Source: an uncultured Alphaproteobacteria bacterium (GTDB lineage Bacteria > Pseudomonadota > Alphaproteobacteria > Rhizobiales > Xanthobacteraceae). Taken from it: 64,000 nucleotides of DNA. The DNA is taken from contig CAWIXF010000007.1 in assembly GCA_963840065.1 (NCBI GenBank), forward strand, positions 23,955-87,954, given 5' to 3'. Each line of letters begins with the position of its first letter. The stretch's first letter is position 1. Position numbers and translations under genes: made by a program. The notes below the pieces were generated by a model. It made no database searches. It had not been told where the DNA came from and was given only the letters and a program-made list of their open reading frames with translations. Positions 54,882 to 64,000 of the stretch are shown in pieces.

Positions 54882-56045
54882 ATGATGAAACGATCATTCC
54901 GCGCATTCCTAATACCGACCGCCCTAATGGCTGGCCTGCTTGCAGTTTCGGCAACAACGGGGTTCGCCGCCGATAAGGTCATCAAGATTGGCGGCCTATT
55001 TCCAATATCCGGTCCCGGCTCCTACTTCGGCGTGCAAGACAAACAGGGCGCCGAGCTCGCAGTCGAGCAACTCAACAAGTCCGGAGTGAACGGATACAAG
55101 TTTGAAGTTCAATTTGAAGACTCTGCCTGTAGCCCCCTGCCCGCAACGCAGGCAGCCAAACGCCTAGTCGAGCAGTTCAAGCCCGACGTTGCCATCGGCG
55201 AAGAATGCTCTGACGCAACGCTCGCGATCATGCCGGTCATGGCGCAGGCCAAGATCCCGCTTCTCAATGCCGGCTCCTCCTCGATCAAGGTAACTGAGCC
55301 CGGCAATCCCTGGACCTTCCGGATCATGCCGAACGAGGTGATGCAGGGCATAGACATCGCTACCAACGCCTACAAGCGCCTCAACGCACGCACCGCAGTC
55401 GTGCTGCACGAGAACACGAATGCCGGTATCGGCAACGCGAAAGTCTTCGCGGAAACATTCACGAAGCTCGGCGGAAAGATTTTGGCCGATATCGGCTTCG
55501 GGCGCGACGTGAACGACTTCACGTCAATCGCAACCCGCGTCGCCGGTCTAGGCAAGATTGACGTGATTCCGACATACACGCTCGAAGGTCAGGGTTTGAA
55601 GATTACGCAAGCCCTTGCACAAGCTGGTGTCGTGAAGGGTGGCGGCGGTCACTCAATTCAGCTCGGCACGATCTGGCTTCCCTTCGGCTTCGAGAAAAAA
55701 GCCGGCAAGGCGGCGCTCGGCTATGTCCGTATCGTGCAGTTCGACCCAACCGATCAACGCCCCGTCGTGCGCAATTTCATCCAGGCCTTCAAGGCCAAAT
55801 ACAACCAGGACCCCACGCACATCAATGCCCACGCTTACGACCAGGTCATGCTGATCGCGGACGTCGTGCGACGTGGCGGCAAGGATGCCAAGTCCATTCG
55901 CGACGGCTTGGCTGCGACGAAAGACTTCTCCGGCGTGACCGGCAGCGTCGCCTTCGACAAGACCAATCAGAATACCAAGATGGATACCGTCCATTACATG
56001 GAGACAATGCCTGATTTGTCCTGGAAAGCATTGAAGTGGAATTAG
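54882..56045 (+). CDS. ABC transporter substrate-binding protein (Liv/branched-chain type)
   Basis: Signal peptide ending GFA; IKIGGLFPISG, EDSACSP, FRIMPN, YDQVM, FSGVTG. Confidence 0.93.
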   Translation: MMKRSFRAFLIPTALMAGLLAVSATTGFAADKVIKIGGLFPISGPGSYFGVQDKQGAELAVEQLNKSGVNGYKFEVQFEDSACSPLPATQAAKRLVEQFKPDVAIGEECSDATLAIMPVMAQAKIPLLNAGSSSIKVTEPGNPWTFRIMPNEVMQGIDIATNAYKRLNARTAVVLHENTNAGIGNAKVFAETFTKLGGKILADIGFGRDVNDFTSIATRVAGLGKIDVIPTYTLEGQGLKITQALAQAGVVKGGGGHSIQLGTIWLPFGFEKKAGKAALGYVRIVQFDPTDQRPVVRNFIQAFKAKYNQDPTHINAHAYDQVMLIADVVRRGGKDAKSIRDGLAATKDFSGVTGSVAFDKTNQNTKMDTVHYMETMPDLSWKALKWN

Positions 56046-56055
56046 TCCACCGGAC

Positions 56056-56937
56056 ATGCTGACCGTCATCCTCCAACAGGGGATAAACGGCATCGTTGTG
56101 GGGAGCCTCTACGTGCTGGTCGCGTTGGGGCTTACCCTCATTTATGGCGTGCTGGTTCAGATCAATTTTGCCCACGCGGACTTTGTCACATTGGGGGCTT
56201 TCACCGCCTATTTTGTCACCCATCTGCTCAGCGGCAATTATTTCGTCGGGATCGCCGCTGCGCTCGTGGTTGGGGGAATGCTGGGATGGCTGTTGAATGC
56301 CACGATCTTTGCCCCATTGCGCGAACGCGGAAGCGAACTGCTGCCCTTGATCGCGACCATTGGCGTCTCGATCATGCTGCAGAATGCCATGTTGGTATTG
56401 CTCGGGCCGATCCCATACGCTTTCGATACGCCCTACAGCAATCACGTGATCCGCTTCGCCGGGCTGTTTTTTACGGTACAGAGTGTACTGATCATCGTGA
56501 TGTCCACGATCACTATCGGAATACTTTACGCTTTCATGAAGTTCACCTTTCTCGGTAAAGCGCTGCGCGCGGTCTCGCAGGATCGCGAAACCGCGGGACT
56601 TATGGGTATCAATCCCAACTACGTGATCATGTTGACTTTCGTTATCGCATCGGCGCTGGCGGGAATGAGCGGAGCAATGCTGGGGCCGGTGCTGGTCCTT
56701 ACGCCGTTTGCAGGCACGTCGGTCATCGTCAAAGCTTTCGCAATCGTCATCATCGGCGGCTTTGGCAACGTCGAGGGAACGATTATCGCGGGTCTGATCG
56801 TTGGATTGATCGAAAGCTATACAACGCAATTTCTCGATCCGGGATTGATCGACATCGTCGTCTTCGCGCTGCTGCTGCTAACGCTTGCGGTGCGACCGAC
56901 CGGTTTGATCGCAGAGCGGCGCGAAGAAAATGTCTAG
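56056..56937 (+). CDS. Liv-type ABC permease (LivH-like)
   Basis: GSLYVLVALGLTLIYG..INFAH, GKALRAVSQDRETAGLMGIN. Confidence 0.95.
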   Translation: MLTVILQQGINGIVVGSLYVLVALGLTLIYGVLVQINFAHADFVTLGAFTAYFVTHLLSGNYFVGIAAALVVGGMLGWLLNATIFAPLRERGSELLPLIATIGVSIMLQNAMLVLLGPIPYAFDTPYSNHVIRFAGLFFTVQSVLIIVMSTITIGILYAFMKFTFLGKALRAVSQDRETAGLMGINPNYVIMLTFVIASALAGMSGAMLGPVLVLTPFAGTSVIVKAFAIVIIGGFGNVEGTIIAGLIVGLIESYTTQFLDPGLIDIVVFALLLLTLAVRPTGLIAERREENV

Positions 56938-57961
56938 CCTTGCGAGCGCTCAAACTTCGGTGGCAAGCGCCATTCTCACATCGCGACGTTTTTGGCTGGT
57001 GATGGTGGCGATCGCGATCGGCCTGTTGCCGATGATTCTAACGGATTCCTACTGGCAGACGAACCTGATTGTTTGCGCCATCAACGTGTTACTAGCGATC
57101 GGCCTTGATTTTGTCCTCGGTTACGCCGGTCAGCTCAATCTCGGCCAATCCGCGTTCTACGGCATTGGCGCCTACGCCTCGACATTGCTGATTACGCGGC
57201 TCGGCGTGCCATTCTGGGTTGCTTTTATGTGCGGCGTATTGCTCGCCGGACTTGCCGGTATGCTGCTGTCGATCTTCGCAGTCCGTTTGCGCGGACATTA
57301 TCTTGCCATCGCCTCGCTTGGCTTTGCCGTCATTACATACCAGGTCCTGCTCAACTGGATCAGTCTTACTCAGGGTCCGCTCGGCATCTATGCCATCGCA
57401 CCGCCGCCGCCGCTGACGATCCCCAGCATGCCGGCGATCGAGTTCACCGATCTCGGTAACCTTTTCTATCTGACCGCCGGCTTCGCGCTGCTCACCTATA
57501 TATTGCTCGACCAGTTGGTTCGCTCTCCAGTCGGCGAAACCTTGACCGCGATCCGTGAAGACGAGGTGTCGGCGACCTCTCTGGGTATCAATTGTCCGAA
57601 ATGGAAGGTATTTGCCTTTGCCATTAGTTCCGCGGTTGCCGGCGCCGCCGGCTGCTTTTATGCCAGCTTCGTCGGCACCCTGGTTCCGGATGCCTTTTTC
57701 ATCACCGAATCGTTCACCATCTTGGCAATGGTCATCGTCGGCGGCATGGGAACCCTTATCGGCCCCGCACTGGGCGCGATCCTGCTGACGATACTGCCCG
57801 AGTTGCTACGGGGCATCGGAGACTTGCGGCTGATCGTGTACGGGATTTCGGTGACGCTCGTCGTGCTATTCATGCCGGGTGGTATGGTGCAAGCCGCTCG
57901 CCTCGTCGCTGGGCGCGTGCGCCGACGTCTGGCCACCACGCCAGCCAGGCCCAAGACATGA
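56930..57961 (+). CDS. Liv-type ABC permease (LivM-like)
   Basis: GYAGQLNLGQSAFYGIGAY, RLRGHYLAIASLGF, IVGGMGTL. Confidence 0.95.
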   Translation: MSSLASAQTSVASAILTSRRFWLVMVAIAIGLLPMILTDSYWQTNLIVCAINVLLAIGLDFVLGYAGQLNLGQSAFYGIGAYASTLLITRLGVPFWVAFMCGVLLAGLAGMLLSIFAVRLRGHYLAIASLGFAVITYQVLLNWISLTQGPLGIYAIAPPPPLTIPSMPAIEFTDLGNLFYLTAGFALLTYILLDQLVRSPVGETLTAIREDEVSATSLGINCPKWKVFAFAISSAVAGAAGCFYASFVGTLVPDAFFITESFTILAMVIVGGMGTLIGPALGAILLTILPELLRGIGDLRLIVYGISVTLVVLFMPGGMVQAARLVAGRVRRRLATTPARPKT

Positions 57962-58776
57962 CATCGGCCGCATCAGCCGCAATGGAGTCACGAGCGCCTG
58001 GCGCCGATGGCAACATACTGTTCCGGGCCGAAGGGTTGCAAAAGAGTTTCGGCGGCGTGCAAGCCGTGAGTGATATCTCTTTGAGCATACCCGCAGGCGT
58101 CGTGTTCGCCGTCATCGGACCTAACGGCGCCGGAAAATCGACGCTGCTCAACCTGATGAGCGGCCTCTACCAGCCGGATGCCGGTACGATGGCATTTGCC
58201 GGCGTCGATCTGATCGGCATGCCGGCACAACGGCGCGTCCGTTACGGGCTGGCACGCACGTTTCAAAAAATCAGGCTGTTCAAGCAACTGTCGGTGCTTG
58301 AAAACGTGATCGCGGGATTTCACACCCACCACGATATCCCGCTCTGGCAGTACATCCTCCACGGAGCGGCATTTCGCCGCGACCAAGCCCGATGCCATAC
58401 CGAGGCGATGGAGCTCTTGGCCTTCGTGGGTCTAAAACATCGCGCACAGGTGACAGCGAGCTCGCTGGCTTATGGCGAGCAACGCATGCTCGAAATCGCC
58501 CGGGCACTCGCTACGGCGCCGCGCTTGCTGATGATCGATGAACCGGCGGCCGGGTTGAATGCCGCCGAGGTCGAGGCCCTGCTGGCGCGCATCGCCGAGC
58601 TCCGGCAGCGCGGCATGACCGTCGTCATGGTCGAGCATAATATGGACCTCGTCATGAAGGTCGCCGACAGGATCCTCGTCATGGATTACGGACAGTATCT
58701 GTTCGAGGGTGTGCCAGCCGAGGTTCAGGCCGATTCGGGCGTGATTGCGGCGTATCTAGGGGGCGAACTCCAGTGA
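57958..58776 (+). CDS. Liv-type ABC ATPase (LivG-like)
   Basis: GPNGAGKST, LAYGEQRMLEIARAL, DEPAAG. Confidence 0.96.
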   Translation: MTSAASAAMESRAPGADGNILFRAEGLQKSFGGVQAVSDISLSIPAGVVFAVIGPNGAGKSTLLNLMSGLYQPDAGTMAFAGVDLIGMPAQRRVRYGLARTFQKIRLFKQLSVLENVIAGFHTHHDIPLWQYILHGAAFRRDQARCHTEAMELLAFVGLKHRAQVTASSLAYGEQRMLEIARALATAPRLLMIDEPAAGLNAAEVEALLARIAELRQRGMTVVMVEHNMDLVMKVADRILVMDYGQYLFEGVPAEVQADSGVIAAYLGGELQ

Positions 58777-59525
58777 CAGAGCTGCTCGCCACCGAAAGGC
58801 TCGAACTGGCTTACGGCCAGGTTCCCGCCTGCCGCGACATCACGATCAGCGTGAATGAAGGCGAGATTGTCACCCTGATCGGCGCCAACGGAGCGGGAAA
58901 AACCACGACATTGCGCGCAATCGCGGGGGCTTTGCTTCCGCGCGCGGGCACGATCCGGTTTGCCGGGCGCGACATTACGCGCCTGCCTTCTTATGAGCGC
59001 ACCATGCTCGGAATCGCCCTCGTTCCTGAAGGCCGCCATGTCTTCCCATTCCTGACTGTCCGGGAGAACCTTGAACTTGGCGGATTCAAATTCCGCAAAG
59101 ACGGTGCGAAAATTCGATCTCTGATCGATCGAATGTTTACGATGTTTCCGAGGCTGAGCGCTCGCGCCGCTCAGAATGCCGGCACTCTCAGCGGCGGTGA
59201 GCAGCAAATGCTGGTGCTTGGTCGCGCGATGATGTCCGAACCACGCCTGCTCTGCCTCGACGAGCCGTCCCTCGGGTTGGCGCCACTCATTGTTCAGGAT
59301 ATTTTTCACACGATTATCTCCATCAATGCGACGGGCACCAGCGTCCTTCTCGTTGAGCAGAATGCCCGATATGCGCTCGAAACGGCAAGCAGAGGTTATG
59401 TATTGCAGACCGGCTCGATTATCGCATCCGGCCCGTGCAGCACGCTGAAGCAAGATGAGCGCGTGCAGCAAGCCTATCTCGGCCGCGATGCTGCGGGCAA
59501 ACCGCAGGTCGCGGTGTCGCCATGA
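58773..59525 (+). CDS. Liv-type ABC ATPase (LivF-like)
   Basis: GANGAGKTT, LSGGEQQML, DEPSLGLAP. Confidence 0.96.
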   Translation: MTELLATERLELAYGQVPACRDITISVNEGEIVTLIGANGAGKTTTLRAIAGALLPRAGTIRFAGRDITRLPSYERTMLGIALVPEGRHVFPFLTVRENLELGGFKFRKDGAKIRSLIDRMFTMFPRLSARAAQNAGTLSGGEQQMLVLGRAMMSEPRLLCLDEPSLGLAPLIVQDIFHTIISINATGTSVLLVEQNARYALETASRGYVLQTGSIIASGPCSTLKQDERVQQAYLGRDAAGKPQVAVSP

Positions 59526-60286
59526 ACAGCGTGAACCTCATCGGCAAGGCCGCGATCATAAGCGGGGCCGGTAGCGGGATTGGGCGCGCCACCGCCAGGG
59601 CCTTCGCCTCGGCCGGCGCAGCAGTCATGTGCCTCGACATCGATCGCAGCGGGGCGGAGGAAACCGCGCAGATCATCACGAGCGCCGACGGCAGGGCGCT
59701 GGCAAGGCAATGCGACGTCAGTCAGGAACCCGATGTCCAAGCAGCGGCTAGAGCGGCGCGATCGGCGTTCGGCGCGATCCATGTGCTGGTCAACGCCGCA
59801 GCCAACAACGATCCGAACGGAAGCGTACTGGATATTTCGCCGGCCGACTGGAGCCGCGTCTTTGCGGTCAATGTCATGGGCGCCTATCTGATGAGTCGCG
59901 CCGTCCTACCCGCGATGATCGCGGCGGGTGGCGGCAGCATCATCCATATCGCGTCGCAACTGGGCCGGGTTGGGGCGCCCGCACGCGCGGCCTATTGCGC
60001 ATCGAAAGGAGCGGTGATTCAGCTTACGAAAGCAATGGCGGTCGATCACGCCGCGCAAAATATTCGCGTTAATTCTTTGTCGCCAGGTGCGGTCGAAACG
60101 CCGCGCCTGGTACTGCGTTTCGGCGACATGGAAACAGCGCGCCGCCTGGCTGGCCCCAAACATCTGCTGAACCGGCTGGGTCAGCCCGAAGAAATCGCCC
60201 AGGCCGCTTTGTTTCTCGCCAGTGACGCAGCGAGTTTCATGACCGGCGCCGACATGCTCGTCGATGGCGGCTATACGGCGACCTGA
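59522..60286 (+). CDS. Classical short-chain dehydrogenase/reductase
   Basis: SGAGSGIG, LVNAAA, YCASK, IRVNSLSPG. Confidence 0.95.
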   Translation: MNSVNLIGKAAIISGAGSGIGRATARAFASAGAAVMCLDIDRSGAEETAQIITSADGRALARQCDVSQEPDVQAAARAARSAFGAIHVLVNAAANNDPNGSVLDISPADWSRVFAVNVMGAYLMSRAVLPAMIAAGGGSIIHIASQLGRVGAPARAAYCASKGAVIQLTKAMAVDHAAQNIRVNSLSPGAVETPRLVLRFGDMETARRLAGPKHLLNRLGQPEEIAQAALFLASDAASFMTGADMLVDGGYTAT

Positions 60287-60301
60287 AACCGCGCGTCGAA
60301 T

Positions 60302-61180
60302 TTATCTGCCGAGAATGGCCGCCACCATCGCGCGCGGATCGCGTTTGCGCCAGGCGCCGACATCGACGGCATGAAAAAACTCAGCAAGATGTTGGTTAAA
60401 TGCGGCGGGGTCCTCAAGATTGATCGTGTGGCCGGCGTTCGGCATGACGACGAGCGCAGCCGTTGGGATCGTCCGTTTCATTAGCAGACTGGGTTCCAGG
60501 CATGGCCAGTCCTCATCACCTGTCATAACCAGGGTCGGCGCCGTAATGGTCTTCATCTTCTCAACGAGATCAAATAGGGACGGGCGCCGTCTTTGCACAC
60601 CGCGCATGGTTAGCGCCGCCCCTTCCGTTGAATGCTCACTCAGCTGATCGACGAACTCTTTCCAACCCCGTGGGTCCTTATTCTGAAACTGGACGCGCGT
60701 CGGGCCTAGCGCATAGCCTTCCGCCGCTTTAGCCATGCCCTGCTGTTCAAACTGCTTGGCAGCCGCCTCAGTCTCCTCAGCAAATTGCTTCCGTTTGTCG
60801 GGGGCCGCACCATAGCCGCATCCCGCGACGATAAGTGATCGTGCGCGGTCAGGATACGTAAAGCCGAAATGCAAAGTCGCAAATCCACCCATCGACAAGC
60901 CGACTATATGCGCCTTATCGATTTTGAGTGCATCGAGCACTGCTCGGATGTCATCGCGCGCGCGTTCCTGCGAAAAGCGATCGCCATCTTTGGGCACATC
61001 AGAGGGCGGATAGCCGCGTGCATTATAGGCGATACAACGGTACCGTTGCCCAAAATAGCGCAGCTGCATTTCATAGGAACGGAAGTCGCCGGCAAATTCA
61101 TGCACGAATACGATCGGGATACCGTTGCCGACCTCTTCGTAATAAAGTCTGACCCCGTCGTCAGTCGTCAGGTGCGGCAT
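60302..61180 (-). CDS. Alpha/beta hydrolase
   Basis: HEFAGD, GLSMGG nucleophile elbow, GDED, AGHTIN. Confidence 0.93.
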   Translation of the reverse strand: MPHLTTDDGVRLYYEEVGNGIPIVFVHEFAGDFRSYEMQLRYFGQRYRCIAYNARGYPPSDVPKDGDRFSQERARDDIRAVLDALKIDKAHIVGLSMGGFATLHFGFTYPDRARSLIVAGCGYGAAPDKRKQFAEETEAAAKQFEQQGMAKAAEGYALGPTRVQFQNKDPRGWKEFVDQLSEHSTEGAALTMRGVQRRRPSLFDLVEKMKTITAPTLVMTGDEDWPCLEPSLLMKRTIPTAALVVMPNAGHTINLEDPAAFNQHLAEFFHAVDVGAWRKRDPRAMVAAILGR

Positions 61181-61317
61181 GGTTATCCTCGCAATGATGG
61201 CTTCGATAAAAGCTATATCCCAACCCGTCCGCGTGCCGTTGATAGCACTGCTGCCCCGGGCAATTTAGAGCGACTATGACTATTGGATTATCGCAGCACA
61301 AGAAAAAAAGATGATCG

Positions 61318-62220
61318 TCATGACCGCGCTGCTCGATCTGCTTCAACCATCCTGCGAATCCCCTCACGGTGATCGACTTTTGCGACAAAACCGAAGTCGC
61401 GTTGGGCCGGGGTAACGTCGAGCGGGCCGCGCGCTGCGCGCCAGTGCATATCTTTAATGGTAAGTCGCGACGGTTTCCCGCTTGCTTGCTCGGCCGCAAC
61501 AGCTAATGCTTCGAGAGTCACCTGCTCAGGGAAGGCGATGAAATAAAATAGCTGCCGTCGCCCCTCAGAGAAACAGGCCGCCACTGCCGCATCCGCGGCG
61601 TCGTCAATATAGATATACGGCCAATCGGTCGCAGCCTCGACCAACGCCAACTCGTCCCGTAGCGTCGCAGCCACAATATCATCAACGACGAAACTGGTGC
61701 GGCGCTCCGGTCCGTAGATGCTCGTGAAGCGAAGCGAACAAAGATCGAGCGGAATGCGCGTCCATAAGCCGCGCAGCACCATGTCCATTGCCGCTTTTGA
61801 ACAGCCATAGGCGCTGCTTGGCCGTAGCGGATAATCGTCTCCGATAGGATCCCGCTCATAGAAATCGCCGACGGCAGACACTGATGAACAATAGATAAAC
61901 GTCTTCACGCCACTATTCAGCGACGCTTGAAGCAGGTTGAGACTCCCAACAACATTTATGTCCATCACGCGTGCCGGCTCATCGACAAGGACCATCGGTC
62001 CCGATACGCCGCCGCAATGAAGGACGTGCGTCACGTGTTCAGCGCGTAGCAGCTCTTGCAGATGATGTCGGTCTGAGAGGTCGTCGATCACGTGCCGTTG
62101 GGGCCCATCGCGAGCCGGCGCGAGATCGAGCCCAATTACATAATGGCCCGCTTTCAGCAGACGCGCCACCACCTTGGCGCCGAGAAATCCGTTCGACCCG
62201 GTTACCAACACGTTGCTCAT
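61318..62220 (-). CDS. NAD-dependent epimerase/dehydratase (extended SDR)
   Basis: TGSNGFLG, YGCSK, LRFTSIYGP. Confidence 0.93.
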   Translation of the reverse strand: MSNVLVTGSNGFLGAKVVARLLKAGHYVIGLDLAPARDGPQRHVIDDLSDRHHLQELLRAEHVTHVLHCGGVSGPMVLVDEPARVMDINVVGSLNLLQASLNSGVKTFIYCSSVSAVGDFYERDPIGDDYPLRPSSAYGCSKAAMDMVLRGLWTRIPLDLCSLRFTSIYGPERRTSFVVDDIVAATLRDELALVEAATDWPYIYIDDAADAAVAACFSEGRRQLFYFIAFPEQVTLEALAVAAEQASGKPSRLTIKDMHWRAARGPLDVTPAQRDFGFVAKVDHREGIRRMVEADRAARS

Positions 62221-62229
62221 GGTTACCCT

Positions 62230-63423
62230 TCAAACCACCTTGGCGTTCCGCAGCTGCTGGATTTCAGCGTCCCCAAAACCCAACTCGCGCAGAACCTTCT
62301 CTGTATGCTCCCCGGGTTCGGGAGTCATCGAAACTATGCTCGCCGGCGTACGCGACAATTCTACTGGCTCTCCCACGATACGGATGTCTCCGCGCGTGGG
62401 ATGACGGCATGGCACTGCAATCTCCAGATGCTGGACTTGTGGATCAGAAAACACTTCGTCCATCTTGTAGATCGGCCCAGCCGGCACGCCGACGGCTTCC
62501 AGCCGTTTGAGCCACTCCGCGGACGTGCGCGTTCTAAAAATCGACTTGAGCAGATCCATCAGCTTGGGTCGGTTACGAAATCGGTTGGCCACCGACACAT
62601 AATCTGGGCTGGTAGCAAGATCTGGACGTTCCAAAGCCTTGCATAGCGCACGCCATTGGCCATCTCCCCCAACACCGATGTTGATATAGCCATCGGCCGT
62701 GTTCAGCACGCCCATTGGCGTCGAATAGGGGTGCTCATTACCGGCTTGTCCAGGCACCTCGCCTTCGACCAGATAGCGCGCAGCTTGAAAATCCATCATG
62801 GCAATTTGCGATTGCAATAGCGAGGTTTGGACCCATTGCCCGACACCCGAGCGCTCGCGCTCGGTGAGCGCGATGAGGATTCCAATCGTTGCGTAAAGTC
62901 CGGCCGACGAATCCGCAACTGCGATTCCGGCACGCATCGGTCCCTCGCCTGGAACGCCGGTGACCCACATCAGCCCTCCCATACCCTGCGCGATCTGATC
63001 AAACCCTGCCCGTAATTGGTAGGGACCCGTTTGGCCAAAACCCGAAATCGAGGCCAGGACTATGCGCGGATTGACCGCCCGCAGCTCGTCATAACCGATG
63101 CCCAGCCGATCTTTGACGTCCGGACGAAAATTTTCGACCACCACGTCGGCCTTCTCGACGAGCCGCATAAAAATGGCGCGCCCATCTGCCTCCTTGAGAT
63201 TAAGGGTCAGCGACCGCTTGTTGCGATGAAGGTTGAACATGTCATAGCCATGACGCGGGCCACTCATCCCCTCGTTCGGATCAACTCCCGGCGGCGCTTC
63301 GACCTTGAGCACGTCGGCGCCAAAATCGGCGAGGACGCGGCAGCAGGTCGGGCCTGCCCGTGCGCGAGTGAGATCGAGAACCCGCAAATGCGCTAGTGCA
63401 GTCGAAGCGACCGTTTCTGTCAT
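62230..63423 (-). CDS. Family III CoA-transferase (CaiB/BaiF)
   Basis: LRVLDLTRARAGP, HRNKRSLTLNLK, ENFRP, GFDQIAQ; start at 63423 overlaps the amidase stop. Confidence 0.95.
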   Translation of the reverse strand: MTETVASTALAHLRVLDLTRARAGPTCCRVLADFGADVLKVEAPPGVDPNEGMSGPRHGYDMFNLHRNKRSLTLNLKEADGRAIFMRLVEKADVVVENFRPDVKDRLGIGYDELRAVNPRIVLASISGFGQTGPYQLRAGFDQIAQGMGGLMWVTGVPGEGPMRAGIAVADSSAGLYATIGILIALTERERSGVGQWVQTSLLQSQIAMMDFQAARYLVEGEVPGQAGNEHPYSTPMGVLNTADGYINIGVGGDGQWRALCKALERPDLATSPDYVSVANRFRNRPKLMDLLKSIFRTRTSAEWLKRLEAVGVPAGPIYKMDEVFSDPQVQHLEIAVPCRHPTRGDIRIVGEPVELSRTPASIVSMTPEPGEHTEKVLRELGFGDAEIQQLRNAKVV

Positions 63424-64000
63424 GCAAGCAGTCCTTCCTGTATGTCGATCAGATCGCGGACGGCGGTGGGAACACGTGCGTGCCAATCGGTGCTTCCCTG
63501 CACCCGCGCGGCAAGCGTGATGAGATCGCCATCGCGTCCCGGCCGCCCGATCACCTGCATGGCGATCGGCAACCCGCGGTCGTCAAATCCCACCGGAATT
63601 GCAACGGCCGGGAATCCGAGCATATTGACGAAACGGCAATATCGACTGAGCTCGTAGAGACGACGACCACTGAAGGACGGCGATCTGGGATCAACCTCGG
63701 AATATGGCGGTGTGCGAATTGGCATCACCGGCAAGATCGCCGCATCGGCCTTGCCCAGTACCGTGTCCTCAAACTCCTTGGCTAGTTGCAGTCGCGCGGC
63801 GCGGCTTGCGGACAGTTCAGCATCGTTGATCGTTAAACCTTTCGCTAATCGCCTGCGCAGAACTGGACTAATCGCAACATGGTCAAGTTGGCGACCGTGA
63901 GTCCTTGCTGCTTCACCCTGCATGACAATTAAAGCGTAGCGATCAATCGCCGCGATCGCGGATAACGCATCCACGCGGGATGCCGCAATATCACAGGCTC
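63420..64000 (-). CDS. Amidase-signature family protein, C-terminal part; runs off right edge
   Basis: LPVMP..TP, FVNMLGFPAVAIPVGF...GLPIAMQVIGRPGRD. Confidence 0.88.
   Translation of the reverse strand, partial: ACDIAASRVDALSAIAAIDRYALIVMQGEAARTHGRQLDHVAISPVLRRRLAKGLTINDAELSASRAARLQLAKEFEDTVLGKADAAILPVMPIRTPPYSEVDPRSPSFSGRRLYELSRYCRFVNMLGFPAVAIPVGFDDRGLPIAMQVIGRPGRDGDLITLAARVQGSTDWHARVPTAVRDLIDIQEGLLA

Noticed and set aside
46885-64000. Prophage
   Set aside because: No capsid, terminase, tail, lysis or replication genes; cargo is metabolic

Overview
GC-rich alphaproteobacterial chromosome segment, most consistent with Hyphomicrobiales (Xanthobacteraceae/Nitrobacteraceae-like), judged from ctrA-chpT-che-fliI/J-flhA synteny and rhizobial palindromic repeats. 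1-45 kb is a flagellar/chemotaxis/cell-cycle backbone: flhA, fliJ, fliI, ctrA, cheRBYWA, chpT, cysQ, DUF1134 and tRNA-Val(CAC). It is interleaved with accessory genes for secreted or envelope proteins (a VHL-beta-like protein, two signal-peptide caspase-family proteins, a VPLPA-CTERM protein, putative cell-wall hydrolases), two B12 radical-SAM enzymes sharing an identical 3' tail, an FNR/FixK-box phaC-FNT unit, and a small insertion region with an IS30 downstream of ctrA. From about 45.3 kb the sequence is visibly more AT-rich and island-like. It holds a tyrosine integrase flanked by two outward-facing 3'-half tRNA att cores (Glu-CTC and Arg-TCT), IS remnants, and a catabolic cargo: RutB-like amidohydrolase, AhpD-like protein, a three-domain RidA/YjgF protein made of three apparently identical 417-bp units, a Liv-type ABC transporter, SDR, hydrolase, epimerase, CoA-transferase and amidase. 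No CRISPR array, rRNA or phage structural genes were seen. All assignments come from motif recognition by eye; no database searches were run.
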